Below, in pieces: positions 19,268-28,552 of a DNA stretch of 64,000 bases; position 1 is the stretch's first letter, and every line of letters starts with the position of its first letter. The stretch is from the NCBI GenBank assembly GCA_965660945.1, contig CBFIBS010000002.1, positions 241,008-305,007 of the forward strand. The letters are read 5' to 3'. The stretch is from Alphaproteobacteria bacterium (GTDB taxonomy: Bacteria; Pseudomonadota; Alphaproteobacteria; UBA7985). A program made the translations under genes and the position numbers. The notes below the pieces were generated by a model. It ran no database searches and had not been told where the DNA came from. It saw nothing but the letters and a program-made list of their open reading frames with translations.

Positions 19268-20629
19268 TTAACGGATCGCGGTCGAGGCCGGAAAGGCGCG
19301 GTGCTCGCATCGCGGCCGGGGGCAGAGGCGGCAGTTGGTACCGATGGGGCCGGGTTCCTGCGCGTCGAGCCCATCGGCGTAGACCACCTGCTCGGCGAAC
19401 TCGTAGGAACAGCCCAGCACCACGGTCAAGCGCCGTTGGGAGCGCCCCGCCTGCGGCACACCCTTTCTGATCGACTTGGCCACCGACAGAAAGGTCCCAC
19501 CGTCGGGCAGTTGCACCTTATCGACGCCAAGGTTTCCCGGGTGCTGACCCGCGTTGACCACCGACCATGCCGGGCAGGTGCCGCCGTATCGTGAGATCGA
19601 AAACCCACCGGCGCTGAACCGCTTGGAAACGTTACCCGCCGCATCCATGCGCAGCATGAAGAAGGGCACCGCGCGCGTCCCGGGTCGCTGGAGCGAGGTT
19701 AGCCGGTGTACAACCTGCTCGAAACTGGCGCCGAAGCGGGCCTGTAGAATGTCGAGGTCGTGGCGGGTTTCCAGCGCAGCCTCCGAGAAGCGGGCGTAGG
19801 GCATCATCACTGCAGCCGCGAAGTAACTCTTGAGCGCGGTCAGCATCATCGCGGCGCTGCTTGGCTGCCGGATTCCCATGGCTTCGACCAGCGCCAGCAT
19901 CTCATCGCGCAAGCTGAGTTCAGCCACTGTCAGCCCCAGTGCAAAGACGCGGCTTTCCGGCGGCGCCAGCTCGTTGAAGATCAGCCGCTTGCCGTGCAGG
20001 TCGTGACGGAAGGCGGCAGTCTCCATCACGCGCGCCGGCATAGTACGGACGACATGACCATGGGCCTCGGCAAGGTGGCGGCTGAGGTCGGCTTCAAGGT
20101 GGCTCTGCCGCAAACCGGCGTCGTTGGAGAGGGCTTCGGCTGCTGTTTCCAGCTGGGGAAAGTGGTTGTGGCGGTCTTCGAGCGCGTCGAGCAGTTCATC
20201 GACCTCGCTCGGCCGCCCGAGCAGCGTGCCGGGTACAGTGGCGGCGTCGGGCTGGCCGGAATTGCCGGCCTGAAAACGGGCGTAGAGCAGCTGCAGGGCG
20301 TCGGCGACCATGGGCACGCGCTCGACCGCCTCGCGCAGGTCCTGCCGCGTCAGATCTAGTTCCGCGAACAGGGGGTCGGACAGCACCTCGCGCAGACGGC
20401 CGGACTGGGCTTCGCTGTCATCGAGGGCGAATTCCTGAATATTGACCCCGAAGGCGTCGCCCAGCCGCAGCAGAACGTTGACCGTAATCGGCCGCTGGTT
20501 GTGCTCGATCAGGTTCAGGTAAGCGGCCGAAATTCCCAGATCGTGGGCCATCTGGGCCTGTGTCACGCCTTCCTCGCGGCGGAGGCGGCGTAGCTTGTGA
20601 CCGATGAAGAGTTTGCGTTCTGCTGCCAT
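19268..20629 (-). CDS. XRE-family HTH regulator with ImmA/IrrE-like metallopeptidase-type domain (ScfR/RamB-like short-chain acyl-CoA / glyoxylate-cycle regulator)
   Basis: 453 aa. The N-terminal HTH is LRRLRREEGVTQAQMAHDLGISAAYLNLIEHNQRP. There is a long C-terminal domain ending in the cysteine cluster CRLCPRPRCEHR. It is divergent from aceA. Confidence 0.75.
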   Translation of the reverse strand: MAAERKLFIGHKLRRLRREEGVTQAQMAHDLGISAAYLNLIEHNQRPITVNVLLRLGDAFGVNIQEFALDDSEAQSGRLREVLSDPLFAELDLTRQDLREAVERVPMVADALQLLYARFQAGNSGQPDAATVPGTLLGRPSEVDELLDALEDRHNHFPQLETAAEALSNDAGLRQSHLEADLSRHLAEAHGHVVRTMPARVMETAAFRHDLHGKRLIFNELAPPESRVFALGLTVAELSLRDEMLALVEAMGIRQPSSAAMMLTALKSYFAAAVMMPYARFSEAALETRHDLDILQARFGASFEQVVHRLTSLQRPGTRAVPFFMLRMDAAGNVSKRFSAGGFSISRYGGTCPAWSVVNAGQHPGNLGVDKVQLPDGGTFLSVAKSIRKGVPQAGRSQRRLTVVLGCSYEFAEQVVYADGLDAQEPGPIGTNCRLCPRPRCEHRAFPASTAIR

Positions 20630-20677
20630 GGCTCCACCCCGAATAGATAATTCTTAACATGCCTTCACAATATTTGT

Positions 20678-20693
20678 TTGTAAATATTTACAA
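20678..20693. promoter_or_regulatory. perfect 16-bp palindrome TTGTAAATATTTACAA in the scfR/ramB-like / aceA divergent promoter; candidate operator
   Basis: Read directly from the sequence. It overlaps a TACAAT -10-like hexamer (20689-20694) and lies in an AT-rich patch of an otherwise GC-rich spacer. Confidence 0.5.
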
Positions 20694-20871
20694 TCTTACT
20701 CGACCACGCCAGACGGTCGCACCCTGCCTTGGCACTATGGCATCGGAAACAACGCGGAACCGCCGCGGACCGGGGCTCAGAACCCCGCCATACTTTGCCC
20801 CTCAATCCGACCACCATGTCGATCAAGATCCACGACCCTGATTACCGCGACCCAGACAAAGGAAACGCATC

Positions 20872-22197
20872 ATGAGCACGACCCGCCAGCAGCAGATCAC
20901 CGACCTCCAGCAGGAGTGGGCCTCCAAACCGCGCTGGGCCAACGTCAAACGCGGTTACACCGCCGAAGACGTGGTGCGGCTGCGCGGGTCCGTGCAGCGC
21001 GAAAACACCCTCGCCCGCAACGGCGCCCGGAAGCTCTGGGACATGGTCAACCGCGACGGCGATGATCAGGCCGTTCGCTGCCTCGGCGCCCTGACCGGGG
21101 GTCAGGCGGTGCAGCAGGCCAAGGCGGGGATCGAAGCCATTTACCTCTCCGGCTGGCAAGTTGCCGCCGACGCCAACACCGCGCCGACCATGTACCCCGA
21201 CCAGTCGCTGTACCCGGTAAATTCGGTTCCGGCCGTGGTCGAGCGGATCAATAACGCCTTCATCCGCGCCGATGAAATCCAATGGGCCAAGGGTATGAGC
21301 CCGGAAGACGAGGGCGGTATTGACTACTTCCTTCCCATTGTTGCCGACGCAGAGGCTGGCTTTGGCGGCGTCCTTAACGCCTTTGAGCTGGCTAAAGGCC
21401 TGATTTCCGCCGGCGCTGCCGGGGTCCACTTCGAGGACCAACTGGCGTCGGTAAAAAAGTGCGGTCACATGGGCGGCAAGGTGCTCGTTCCAACCCAGGA
21501 AGCCGTGCAAAAGCTGATCTCGGCACGTCTTGCCTCCGACGTGCTGGGAACGGACACGATCATTCTGGCGCGGACAGACGCCAATGCCGCCAACCTGATC
21601 ACCTCTGACGTTGACCCCTACGACGCACCCTTCGTCACCGGCGAGCGCACGTCTGAGGGCTTCTTCGTCACCAACCCTGGGCTGGATCAGGCGATTGCCC
21701 GCGGCCTCGCGTACGCCCCCTATGCCGATTTGATCTGGTGTGAGACCGCGACGCCCGACCTCGACGAAGCCCGCCGTTTTGCCGAGGCGATCAAGAAGGA
21801 ATATCCGGACCAGCTGCTGTCCTACAACTGCTCGCCGTCCTTCAACTGGAAGCGCAACCTCGACGACGCGACCATTGCCAAGTTCCAGACCGAGCTGGCG
21901 GCCATGGGCTACCGCTACCAGTTCATCACGCTCGCCGGCATCCACGCCATGTGGAATTCGATGTTCCGGCTGGCCAACGACTACGCCGCGCGCGGCATGT
22001 CGGCCTACGTCGAACTGCAGGAGCAGGAATTTGCCGACGCCGACCGGGGCTACACCTTCGTTTCGCACCAGCAGGAAGTCGGCGCCGGATACTTCGACGA
22101 TGTCACCACGACGATCCAGGGCGGTACGTCCTCAGTGACCGCGCTGACCGGCTCGACCGAGGAAGAGCAATTCAACGTCCGCGCCGCGGCGTCCTGA
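20872..22197 (+). CDS. aceA: isocitrate lyase
   Basis: 441 aa. It has the signature KKCGHMGGK and the motifs [10 protein letters not shown] and TLAGIHA. Confidence 0.97.
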   Translation: MSTTRQQQITDLQQEWASKPRWANVKRGYTAEDVVRLRGSVQRENTLARNGARKLWDMVNRDGDDQAVRCLGALTGGQAVQQAKAGIEAIYLSGWQVAADANTAPTMYPDQSLYPVNSVPAVVERINNAFIRADEIQWAKGMSPEDEGGIDYFLPIVADAEAGFGGVLNAFELAKGLISAGAAGVHFEDQLASVKKCGHMGGKVLVPTQEAVQKLISARLASDVLGTDTIILARTDANAANLITSDVDPYDAPFVTGERTSEGFFVTNPGLDQAIARGLAYAPYADLIWCETATPDLDEARRFAEAIKKEYPDQLLSYNCSPSFNWKRNLDDATIAKFQTELAAMGYRYQFITLAGIHAMWNSMFRLANDYAARGMSAYVELQEQEFADADRGYTFVSHQQEVGAGYFDDVTTTIQGGTSSVTALTGSTEEEQFNVRAAAS

Positions 22198-22273
22198 TCA
22201 CCCCCGCCGCGCCCCGCCCGATCCTTTGGGATCGGGCTCAAGGCCCCACCCTATGAGTACTGGAGACCAGACC

Positions 22274-22540
22274 ATGCAAGCACCTGCTGCAAACCGGCCT
22301 CAACCCGAGGCTCAGACCGACAAGACCTTTTTCTACGTCATTGGCGGTGAGTTTACCGACACCTCGTTCGAAGAAGTCCTGACCCGCTCCAACCAGATCC
22401 ACGGGCCGTTCCGGTCCCACGATGAAGCCATGAGCAAGTGGCGCTCCCTGTCGTTCCAGTCCACGGGCAACGCACAGGTTCGCTACGAGATCGCGGAAGT
22501 GGCCCACCGCATGGACCGCCGCACCATCCTGCTCGGCTGA
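22274..22540 (+). CDS. DUF4170 family protein
   Basis: The ORF track gives 22226..22540. ATG 22274 is preceded by GGAGA at 7 nt. The core FFYVIGGEFTDTSF...GPFRSHDEAMSKWRSLSFQSTGNAQVRYEI resembles DUF4170. Confidence 0.65.
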   Translation: MQAPAANRPQPEAQTDKTFFYVIGGEFTDTSFEEVLTRSNQIHGPFRSHDEAMSKWRSLSFQSTGNAQVRYEIAEVAHRMDRRTILLG

Positions 22541-22610
22541 TCAGGGCGGCCACGGGAGTCTGACTGACCCTCCATCTCCGTCAGTCACGCCGGCGACGAG
22601 GCTGAGACCC

Positions 22611-23654
22611 TCAGTCTTCGTTGCCGGTCACCGAGGTCCGTTCGAGGGCGTCGAGGAAGGTCTGGGTCGCTGCATCCCACGAGAAGCCTTCCGCATAGGT
22701 CCGCGCTGCTTCCGATGACAGCTCCAGCGACCGCAGGCAGGCTGCCTGCAAATCCTCGCTCAGCGTGCCGACCGCAGGGTCGGTGATCACGTCCTTCGGG
22801 CCGGTGACTGGATAGGCCGCGACCGGCGTTCCAGCCGCGCAGGCCTCCAGCAGGACCAGTCCGAAGGTATCGGTTTTCGAAGGAAACACGAACACGTCCG
22901 AGTCCGCGTAGGCCCCGGCGAGCTCGTCACCGTGCAGCGGGCCGGTGAACACGGCGTCGGTGTACTTGGCCTTGAGCGAATCATAGGATGGCCCGGAGCC
23001 TACGATCATTTTCGTCCCCGGCAGATCGAGCTGCAGGAAGCTCTCGATATTCTTCTCCACCGCGACCCGGCCAACATAGACGAACACCGGGCGCTGCAGG
23101 TCCGCGACGTGCGTCGACGGCTTCTTGGACGGGTGGAACAGCTCCAGATCGACCCCGCGCGGCCACAGGTGGGTGTGCTTGATGCCGAAGCCGGCCAGCT
23201 CGTCAGCCATGCCCTGATTGGTCACAAGCACCCGCTGCGCAGGGCGGTGAAACCACTCCAGCCAGCGCCAGAACCAGCGCGCGGGAATGCCCGTGCGCTC
23301 GTTGATGTACTCGGCGAGCTTGGTGTGGAAGGAGGTGGTGAAGGGGATCTTGTTGCGCTGGCAGAAGGCCCGCGCGGCCATGCCCAGCGGGCCTTCGGTG
23401 GCCACATGGATGGCGTCGATCGCACCCTTTTCCCGGATAATGGCCTTGATCCGGCGGCTGACAGCACCTGGCCAGAACAGCGCCAGCCCGATTTCCTTGT
23501 ACATCGGCATGGGCATATTGATCCGGAACTGGTCCGGGGTGATGCGGCTGAAGGTGTGACCCTTGTCCTCGACGATAGCCCGGGTGGTGTCGAGCGTCCG
23601 AACCACGCCGTTGATCTGCGGATGCCAGGCATCACTCACCAGAAGAATGTGCAT
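22611..23654 (-). CDS. glycosyltransferase family 4 (GT-B, group 1)
   Basis: 347 aa. The N-terminus MHILLVSDAWHPQINGVVRTL and the C-terminal FVFPSKTDTFGLVLLEACAAGTPV (EX7E-type region) are typical of the family. Confidence 0.85.
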   Translation of the reverse strand: MHILLVSDAWHPQINGVVRTLDTTRAIVEDKGHTFSRITPDQFRINMPMPMYKEIGLALFWPGAVSRRIKAIIREKGAIDAIHVATEGPLGMAARAFCQRNKIPFTTSFHTKLAEYINERTGIPARWFWRWLEWFHRPAQRVLVTNQGMADELAGFGIKHTHLWPRGVDLELFHPSKKPSTHVADLQRPVFVYVGRVAVEKNIESFLQLDLPGTKMIVGSGPSYDSLKAKYTDAVFTGPLHGDELAGAYADSDVFVFPSKTDTFGLVLLEACAAGTPVAAYPVTGPKDVITDPAVGTLSEDLQAACLRSLELSSEAARTYAEGFSWDAATQTFLDALERTSVTGNED

Positions 23655-24424
23655 CAGCCGACGCGCTCCTTTTGTTCAAGCAGGCCCTCGTCGGACCAGT
23701 ACAGCAGGCTCAGTTGCCCATCCGCGTCCTCGACCAGCGCCGTGCACGACTCAACCCAGTCCCCGCAGTTAGCGTAGGTAAACCCGCCCTTTGTGTTCAG
23801 CGCGGGGCGGTGAATGTGCCCGGCGACCGCGCCGACGGCGTCGCGTTCGGTCGCTTCCCGGCGCAGGCCGCGTTCGAAGGCGCCCTGGGGCTGGAAGATT
23901 CGCTTGGACAGGCTCTTGGCCTGCGCGGGCAGATTGTTGGCCCAGTCCAGACCCGGCACCCGCGAAACCTGCCGCATCCCGGCTGTATAGTATTCGTAAA
24001 TCAGGTGTCCGAACTTCGACAGCCAGGTCATGTTGTTCGTGACGACATCAAACTGATCGCCGTGGGTGACGTAGAACCGGCGTCCGTCCGCGAGGGTGAG
24101 CGTATCGCTGAGCCGCAGCTCGACCCCGGCAAATCGTTCGACCGGCAGCACCCCGCGCACCATGTCGTCATGGTTGCCAGGGATGTAGACCACACGCGTC
24201 CCATTCTTAACCTGAGCAAAGATAGCTTCCAGCACCTGCTCGTCAGTATCGGTCCAGACCCAGTGCCGCTGCAGCGCCCAGCCGTCGACGATGTCGCCGA
24301 CAAGGTATAGCGTCTCGCACGAGAGGCCACGTAGGAACGTCAGCAGCGTCGCGCTGCGAACCCCCGTCATGCCCAGATGCGTGTCCGAAATGAACACGGT
24401 GCGATATGCCGTCGTGGCCGTCAT
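23654..24424 (-). CDS. UDP-2,3-diacylglucosamine diphosphatase-like metallophosphoesterase
   Basis: 256 aa. Calcineurin-like motifs are ISDTHLG, GDIVDG, GNHDD and THGDQFD. The stop overlaps the GT4 start by 1 nt. Confidence 0.75.
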   Translation of the reverse strand: MTATTAYRTVFISDTHLGMTGVRSATLLTFLRGLSCETLYLVGDIVDGWALQRHWVWTDTDEQVLEAIFAQVKNGTRVVYIPGNHDDMVRGVLPVERFAGVELRLSDTLTLADGRRFYVTHGDQFDVVTNNMTWLSKFGHLIYEYYTAGMRQVSRVPGLDWANNLPAQAKSLSKRIFQPQGAFERGLRREATERDAVGAVAGHIHRPALNTKGGFTYANCGDWVESCTALVEDADGQLSLLYWSDEGLLEQKERVG

Positions 24425-24584
24425 GCTGGTCCGATTGCTCGTGATATTCCCTGTTGCAGCCCTTGTAGGGGTCGGCTTTGGCCAATCCTAGGTCAAAAAA
24501 AGCAAGTCCGAACTGCTGAGGGTGATCGACAAGCAGCGTGGGCTGGCTAAACTCGCGCCGGAACAGGTGCAGGAGGACAGGCCC

Positions 24585-25373
24585 ATGCGGCCCAACAAAA
24601 TTCGGGAAATCTGGAAATCGGGTGGCGTGGTCGCAAACGGCTGGCTGGCGACACCCGCCGCCTTTACGGCCGAGGTCATGGCGCACTGCGGCTGGGACAG
24701 CATCACCGTGGACATGCAGCACGGGCTGATGGACTACCAGATTGCGGTTTCGCAGTTTCAGGCGATCTCGACCACCGACGTGGTGCCCTTCGTGCGCGTG
24801 CCGTGGCTGGATGCCGGGATGATCATGAAGGTGCTGGACGCCGGCGCCTACGGCGTCATCTGCCCTATGATCAACAACGGTGACGATGCCCGCCAGTTCG
24901 TGCACTACGCCTCCTACCCCCCGCTGGGCACACGCTCGTTCGGGCCGATCCGCGCCTCGATCTACGGCGGCAGCGACTACACCGACAAGGCCAACGACGA
25001 AATCATCCGCATGGCCATGGTCGAAACAGCGGAAGGCCTCGACCGGGTCGAGGAAATCGTTGGCACCGAGGGCATCGACGCGATCTACGTCGGCCCCAAT
25101 GATCTTGCCAATGCGCTGGGGCAGCGCCCGAGGCTGGACACGGAAAACGAGGTGGTGCTCAAGGCCTTTGAGAAGATCATCGCCGCCTGCCGCGCCGCCG
25201 GAAAGCCGGTGGGCCTGCACAACGGCACCGCCCCTTACGCTTTACGGATGATCGAAATGGGCTTCCAGTTCGTCACCGTGCAGTCCGACGCCGGGATCCT
25301 ACGCAACGCTGCCACCGCGATCGTTGCCGAGATCAAGGGCGGGGCCGCGAAGATCGACACGTCTTCGTACTGA
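24585..25373 (+). CDS. HpcH/HpaI family aldolase
   Basis: The ORF track gives 24522..25373. ATG 24585 is preceded by AGGAGGA at 7 nt. Motifs are ITVDMQHG, VRVP, PMINN, MVETAEG and GPNDL. Confidence 0.85.
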   Translation: MRPNKIREIWKSGGVVANGWLATPAAFTAEVMAHCGWDSITVDMQHGLMDYQIAVSQFQAISTTDVVPFVRVPWLDAGMIMKVLDAGAYGVICPMINNGDDARQFVHYASYPPLGTRSFGPIRASIYGGSDYTDKANDEIIRMAMVETAEGLDRVEEIVGTEGIDAIYVGPNDLANALGQRPRLDTENEVVLKAFEKIIAACRAAGKPVGLHNGTAPYALRMIEMGFQFVTVQSDAGILRNAATAIVAEIKGGAAKIDTSSY

Positions 25374-25406
25374 GCCATCCCCTCGCGGTGGTCGGCGGTT
25401 CGCTGG

Positions 25407-26435
25407 CTACATCCAGTCCAGCACCGCCGGCAACAGTGGCGCGTCAGCTGGCGGCATGGGCAGTTCGCGCAGCTCGGCCTTGGAGACCCACTTCAGCGCC
25501 TGTCCTTCCTGCCCCTTGGGCTCGCCCTGCCACTTGTTGATCGCATAGAGCGGCATCATCAGATGAAAGGTGGGATAGGCGTGGCTGGCGAAGGTCAGAG
25601 GCGCCAGACAGCCTTCGCCGACGTCGATGCCCAGCTCTTCTTTCAGCTCCCGGATCAGCGCGGTCTCCGGGGACTCAAGCGCCTCGATCTTGCCGCCAGG
25701 GAACTCCCACAGACCCGCAAGGGACTTGCCCGCCGGGCGCTGGGCGACCAGCACGCGGTCGGCTGTGTCGAACAGGGCAGCGGCGACGACCCAGACCACC
25801 GGCACAGAGCGCTCCAGCTGCGGTTGGGCGGTGCAGCCCCCGCTGAAGAGAAACTCTTCGAACTCAGCAAGGGTCATGCGGGTTGCCAGATTCGGCTGTC
25901 GGCCACTGTGCACGGTGTCGATGCTGTCCTCGGTCCAGTCCTCAAACCCCACCTTTTCCAGCACGCGGCGCGACGCCGGATTATCGAGGAGCACGCCGCT
26001 GGTCACCGTCTCGACCTCCATGAAGCGGAAGGCGAAGGTGAGCACGTGGAAGGCTGCTTCGGTCGCCACACCCCGCCCCCAGGCCGAGGGCGCGTACCAG
26101 TATCCAAGCTCCCAGCAGGGAGCATTGTCAGCCTCAAACAGACGAAGTGAAATCACGCCGAGCCGGGCGCCTGTTGCCCGGTCAGCGACCATCCAGCTCA
26201 CCTGCTCCCGCGCTTCAAACAGGGCCTTCACCTGCCCCAGATAGTCAGCCGCGCCGTCATCCGGATAGGGGTGCGGCACGCTCGACAGCCGCTGGGCCAC
26301 TTCCCACTTTGAGGCCTCCGCCTGCACGAAGGCCAGATGCTGTTCAGCGATTGGTTCGAGCCGCAGTTTGGGCGTGTGAAACGTAATCTGTTCACCGGCG
26401 TCGGGGAACCAGTTGCAGCCGCGGTTCACGGTCAT
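25407..26435 (-). CDS. fusion protein: RimJ/RimL-type GNAT N-acetyltransferase (N-terminal) + MutT/NUDIX hydrolase (C-terminal)
   Basis: 342 aa. The GNAT region is LGYWYAPSAWGRGVATEAA...NPASRRVLEKVGF. The Nudix box is GGKIEALESPETALIRELKEELGI. The start overlaps the argJ stop (ATGA). Confidence 0.85.
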   Translation of the reverse strand: MTVNRGCNWFPDAGEQITFHTPKLRLEPIAEQHLAFVQAEASKWEVAQRLSSVPHPYPDDGAADYLGQVKALFEAREQVSWMVADRATGARLGVISLRLFEADNAPCWELGYWYAPSAWGRGVATEAAFHVLTFAFRFMEVETVTSGVLLDNPASRRVLEKVGFEDWTEDSIDTVHSGRQPNLATRMTLAEFEEFLFSGGCTAQPQLERSVPVVWVVAAALFDTADRVLVAQRPAGKSLAGLWEFPGGKIEALESPETALIRELKEELGIDVGEGCLAPLTFASHAYPTFHLMMPLYAINKWQGEPKGQEGQALKWVSKAELRELPMPPADAPLLPAVLDWM

Positions 26436-27697
26436 GACCGATAGTCCGCGTTGATGCTGATGTAGCCGTGGGTCAGGTCGCAGGTGCGCACCCGGGCCGT
26501 GCCGTCACCCAGCCCGAGGTCGACGCGAATGTCGATTTCCGCAGCGGTCATGTAGCCCGAGACTGCTTCCTCGCTGTAACCGGGGTCGCGCAGACCCCCG
26601 CTCGCGACCTGATGCGGGCCGAACCAGATGGAAAGCCGGTCGCGGTCGGCGGCTTCACCCGCCTTGCCCACGGCCATCACCACACGGCCCCAGTTGGCGT
26701 CTTCACCGGCAATCGCCGTTTTGACGAGCGGCGAGTTGGCGATCGACAGCCCGATGGTGCGCGCAGCAGCAGCGCTTTCCGCGCCCTCAACGGTGATGGT
26801 GATCAGCTTGCTGGCCCCCTCACCGTCGCGGGCAATCTGCTCGGCGAGCTGATCGCAGACGCTGAAGATAGCGGCTTCGACCGCCTGCAGGTCGGCGTCC
26901 GTGCTGACGGCAGCGCCGCTGCCCAGCCCGAAGGCGAGGACGGTGTCGCTGGTCGAGGTATCGCTGTCGACGGTCATGGCGTTGAAGGTCTGGTCGGCGG
27001 CGCGGCTCAGAACGCCTTTCAGCCAGCTGGCTTCGACCGCTGCATCGATGAAAACATAACCGAGCATGGTCGCCATATCCGGGGCGATCATGCCCGACCC
27101 CTTGGCAATGCCGACCACGGACACGGCCCTGTTACCGGAACAGGCGGCTTCGGCCTGCGCCCACTTGGCGAAGGTATCGGTGGTGGCGATGGCGGCGGCG
27201 GCGGCCTCCAGCGAGGCTTCTGCGGCGTCCTCGGTCAGCCGGACCGCGGCAGCACCGATGGCTTCTGCTTCCAGCGGCTCGCCGATCACCCCGGTTGAGG
27301 ACAGCAGCACGGCTTCGGGCGCACAGCCCAGCGCCCCGGCCACGGCAGCGGCAGTATGGGCGCAGGCCTGTGCACCGACCGCACCGGTAAAGGCATTGGC
27401 GTTCCCGGCGTTGATCAGCAGCGCCCGGACCGTGTTGCCGGCAGCAGAACCGGCAGACGGCGTGCCGCCCTGCAGCACCGAGCGGCACCAGTCCACCGGC
27501 GCGCTCGGGCACTTGGAGCGGGTGAACACCCCCGCCACCGAGGTCTGGTCCGGCAGCACGAACAGGGTCACGTCCGCCCGACCCCGGTAACGGGTCCCGG
27601 AGTTTCCGGTCGCCACACGCAGTCCCTTCAGGACCGGCAGGGCAGGCATATCAGCGGGCTTGAGCGGCGAAACAGGCAGTTGATCCATCATCGTCAT
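26432..27697 (-). CDS. argJ: bifunctional glutamate N-acetyltransferase / amino-acid acetyltransferase
   Basis: The ORF track gives 26432..28102. I moved the start to ATG 27697 (MTMMDQLPVSPL..). Motifs are GFTRSK, the autoproteolysis site ATMLGYV, GEDANWGR and the INADYRS C-terminus. Confidence 0.95.
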   Translation of the reverse strand: MTMMDQLPVSPLKPADMPALPVLKGLRVATGNSGTRYRGRADVTLFVLPDQTSVAGVFTRSKCPSAPVDWCRSVLQGGTPSAGSAAGNTVRALLINAGNANAFTGAVGAQACAHTAAAVAGALGCAPEAVLLSSTGVIGEPLEAEAIGAAAVRLTEDAAEASLEAAAAAIATTDTFAKWAQAEAACSGNRAVSVVGIAKGSGMIAPDMATMLGYVFIDAAVEASWLKGVLSRAADQTFNAMTVDSDTSTSDTVLAFGLGSGAAVSTDADLQAVEAAIFSVCDQLAEQIARDGEGASKLITITVEGAESAAAARTIGLSIANSPLVKTAIAGEDANWGRVVMAVGKAGEAADRDRLSIWFGPHQVASGGLRDPGYSEEAVSGYMTAAEIDIRVDLGLGDGTARVRTCDLTHGYISINADYRS

Positions 27698-27793
27698 CCG
27701 ATACAAACGCAGGGTCGAGGCCCGCAATCCGGCGCGCCCATGGCCCTGAATGGCCTCAGGAAAACACGGTTTTCGCCGCAGGAGAACTGCCAG

Positions 27794-28408
27794 ATGCTGA
27801 ACCGACCCCTGCCGCAACGACTGATCAGCCTGCTCGGTGGCGCCCTGATGCTGGCGGCTGTCACCGGATTTGTGCTGCTTGTCCTGCGCCCGGCGTTCCT
27901 GCCTGAAGGCGCTGCGCAGGCCCCGCTGGATCTGACAGCGCTCGACCTCGCAGCGCTGGAGCAGGCCGCCGCCGAGGCCGAGGTCTGCGGCCACGATCTC
28001 GATCTTGAAGGCGCGCTGGTGGAGGCCCGCACCGCCTTCGGACTGCAGCAGGGCCTGACTTACCCCTATGCCTTCGCGCAGGTGACGACCTTCCTGCATC
28101 AAAAGGGACGGCTGCCCGATTGCTACATGACCAAAGCGCAGGCGCGGGATCTGGGCTGGAAGTCCTCAGGAAGGACCATCGACGACATTGACCCCGACGG
28201 TGCGGTTGGCGGCGATACCTTCGGCAATCGTGAGGGCCTGCTCCCGACCCGGCCATTGAACAGCTACGCCGTCGCCGACCTCGATTATGTCGACGGTTAC
28301 CGGGGCGCCGCGCGCATCGTCTATGACCGCCGCCGGACCGGTGAAGGGGCGATCTGGATCACGGTCGATCACTATGACAGCTTTACCGCCGTTCCCGTGG
28401 GCCAATGA
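27794..28408 (+). CDS. barnase/RNase Sa (microbial N1/T1) family ribonuclease homologue with N-terminal TM anchor or signal
   Basis: The ORF track gives 27356..28408. ATG 27794 gives 204 aa with an N-terminal hydrophobic helix. The C-terminal 110 aa align residue-for-residue with barnase: LPDCYMTK..LGW, GGDTFGNREGLLP, ADLDY..GYRGAARIVY and VDHYDSF. Confidence 0.85.
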   Translation: MLNRPLPQRLISLLGGALMLAAVTGFVLLVLRPAFLPEGAAQAPLDLTALDLAALEQAAAEAEVCGHDLDLEGALVEARTAFGLQQGLTYPYAFAQVTTFLHQKGRLPDCYMTKAQARDLGWKSSGRTIDDIDPDGAVGGDTFGNREGLLPTRPLNSYAVADLDYVDGYRGAARIVYDRRRTGEGAIWITVDHYDSFTAVPVGQ

Positions 28409-28552
28409 CACCGGATGGCGCCGCCGCCGACGCCCCTCTCGTGTCGCAAAATCCGCCAAGAAGGTCTCGGCTGCGGGGTCGATGTTCTCTGTATTGGACT
28501 TTCTTTGCCGCCGGTGGCTGACTTTCCGCCTGCACGCACCACTTGAGTTGCT

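Noticed and set aside
20730-20743. Sigma-54-like TTGGCAC...GCAT upstream of aceA
   Set aside because: The GG-to-GC spacing is 9 nt instead of the 12 nt of the TGGCAC-N5-TTGC consensus, so it does not fit a -24/-12 promoter.
20842-22068. 408-aa minus-strand ORF
   Set aside because: It is antisense to isocitrate lyase (KKCGHMGGK signature on the plus strand). This is a GC-rich shadow ORF.
24243-25220. 325-aa minus-strand ORF
   Set aside because: It is antisense to the HpcH/HpaI aldolase gene, which has a strong AGGAGGA RBS and family motifs.
27698-28102. Upstream 135-codon extension of argJ, and the 27356-27793 extension of the RNase ORF
   Set aside because: The two extensions overlap each other and the neighbouring genes. 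Their composition is Arg/Gln/Gly-rich and unlike the mature proteins. Canonical N-termini begin at ATG 27697 for ArgJ and ATG 27794 for the RNase with its TM helix.
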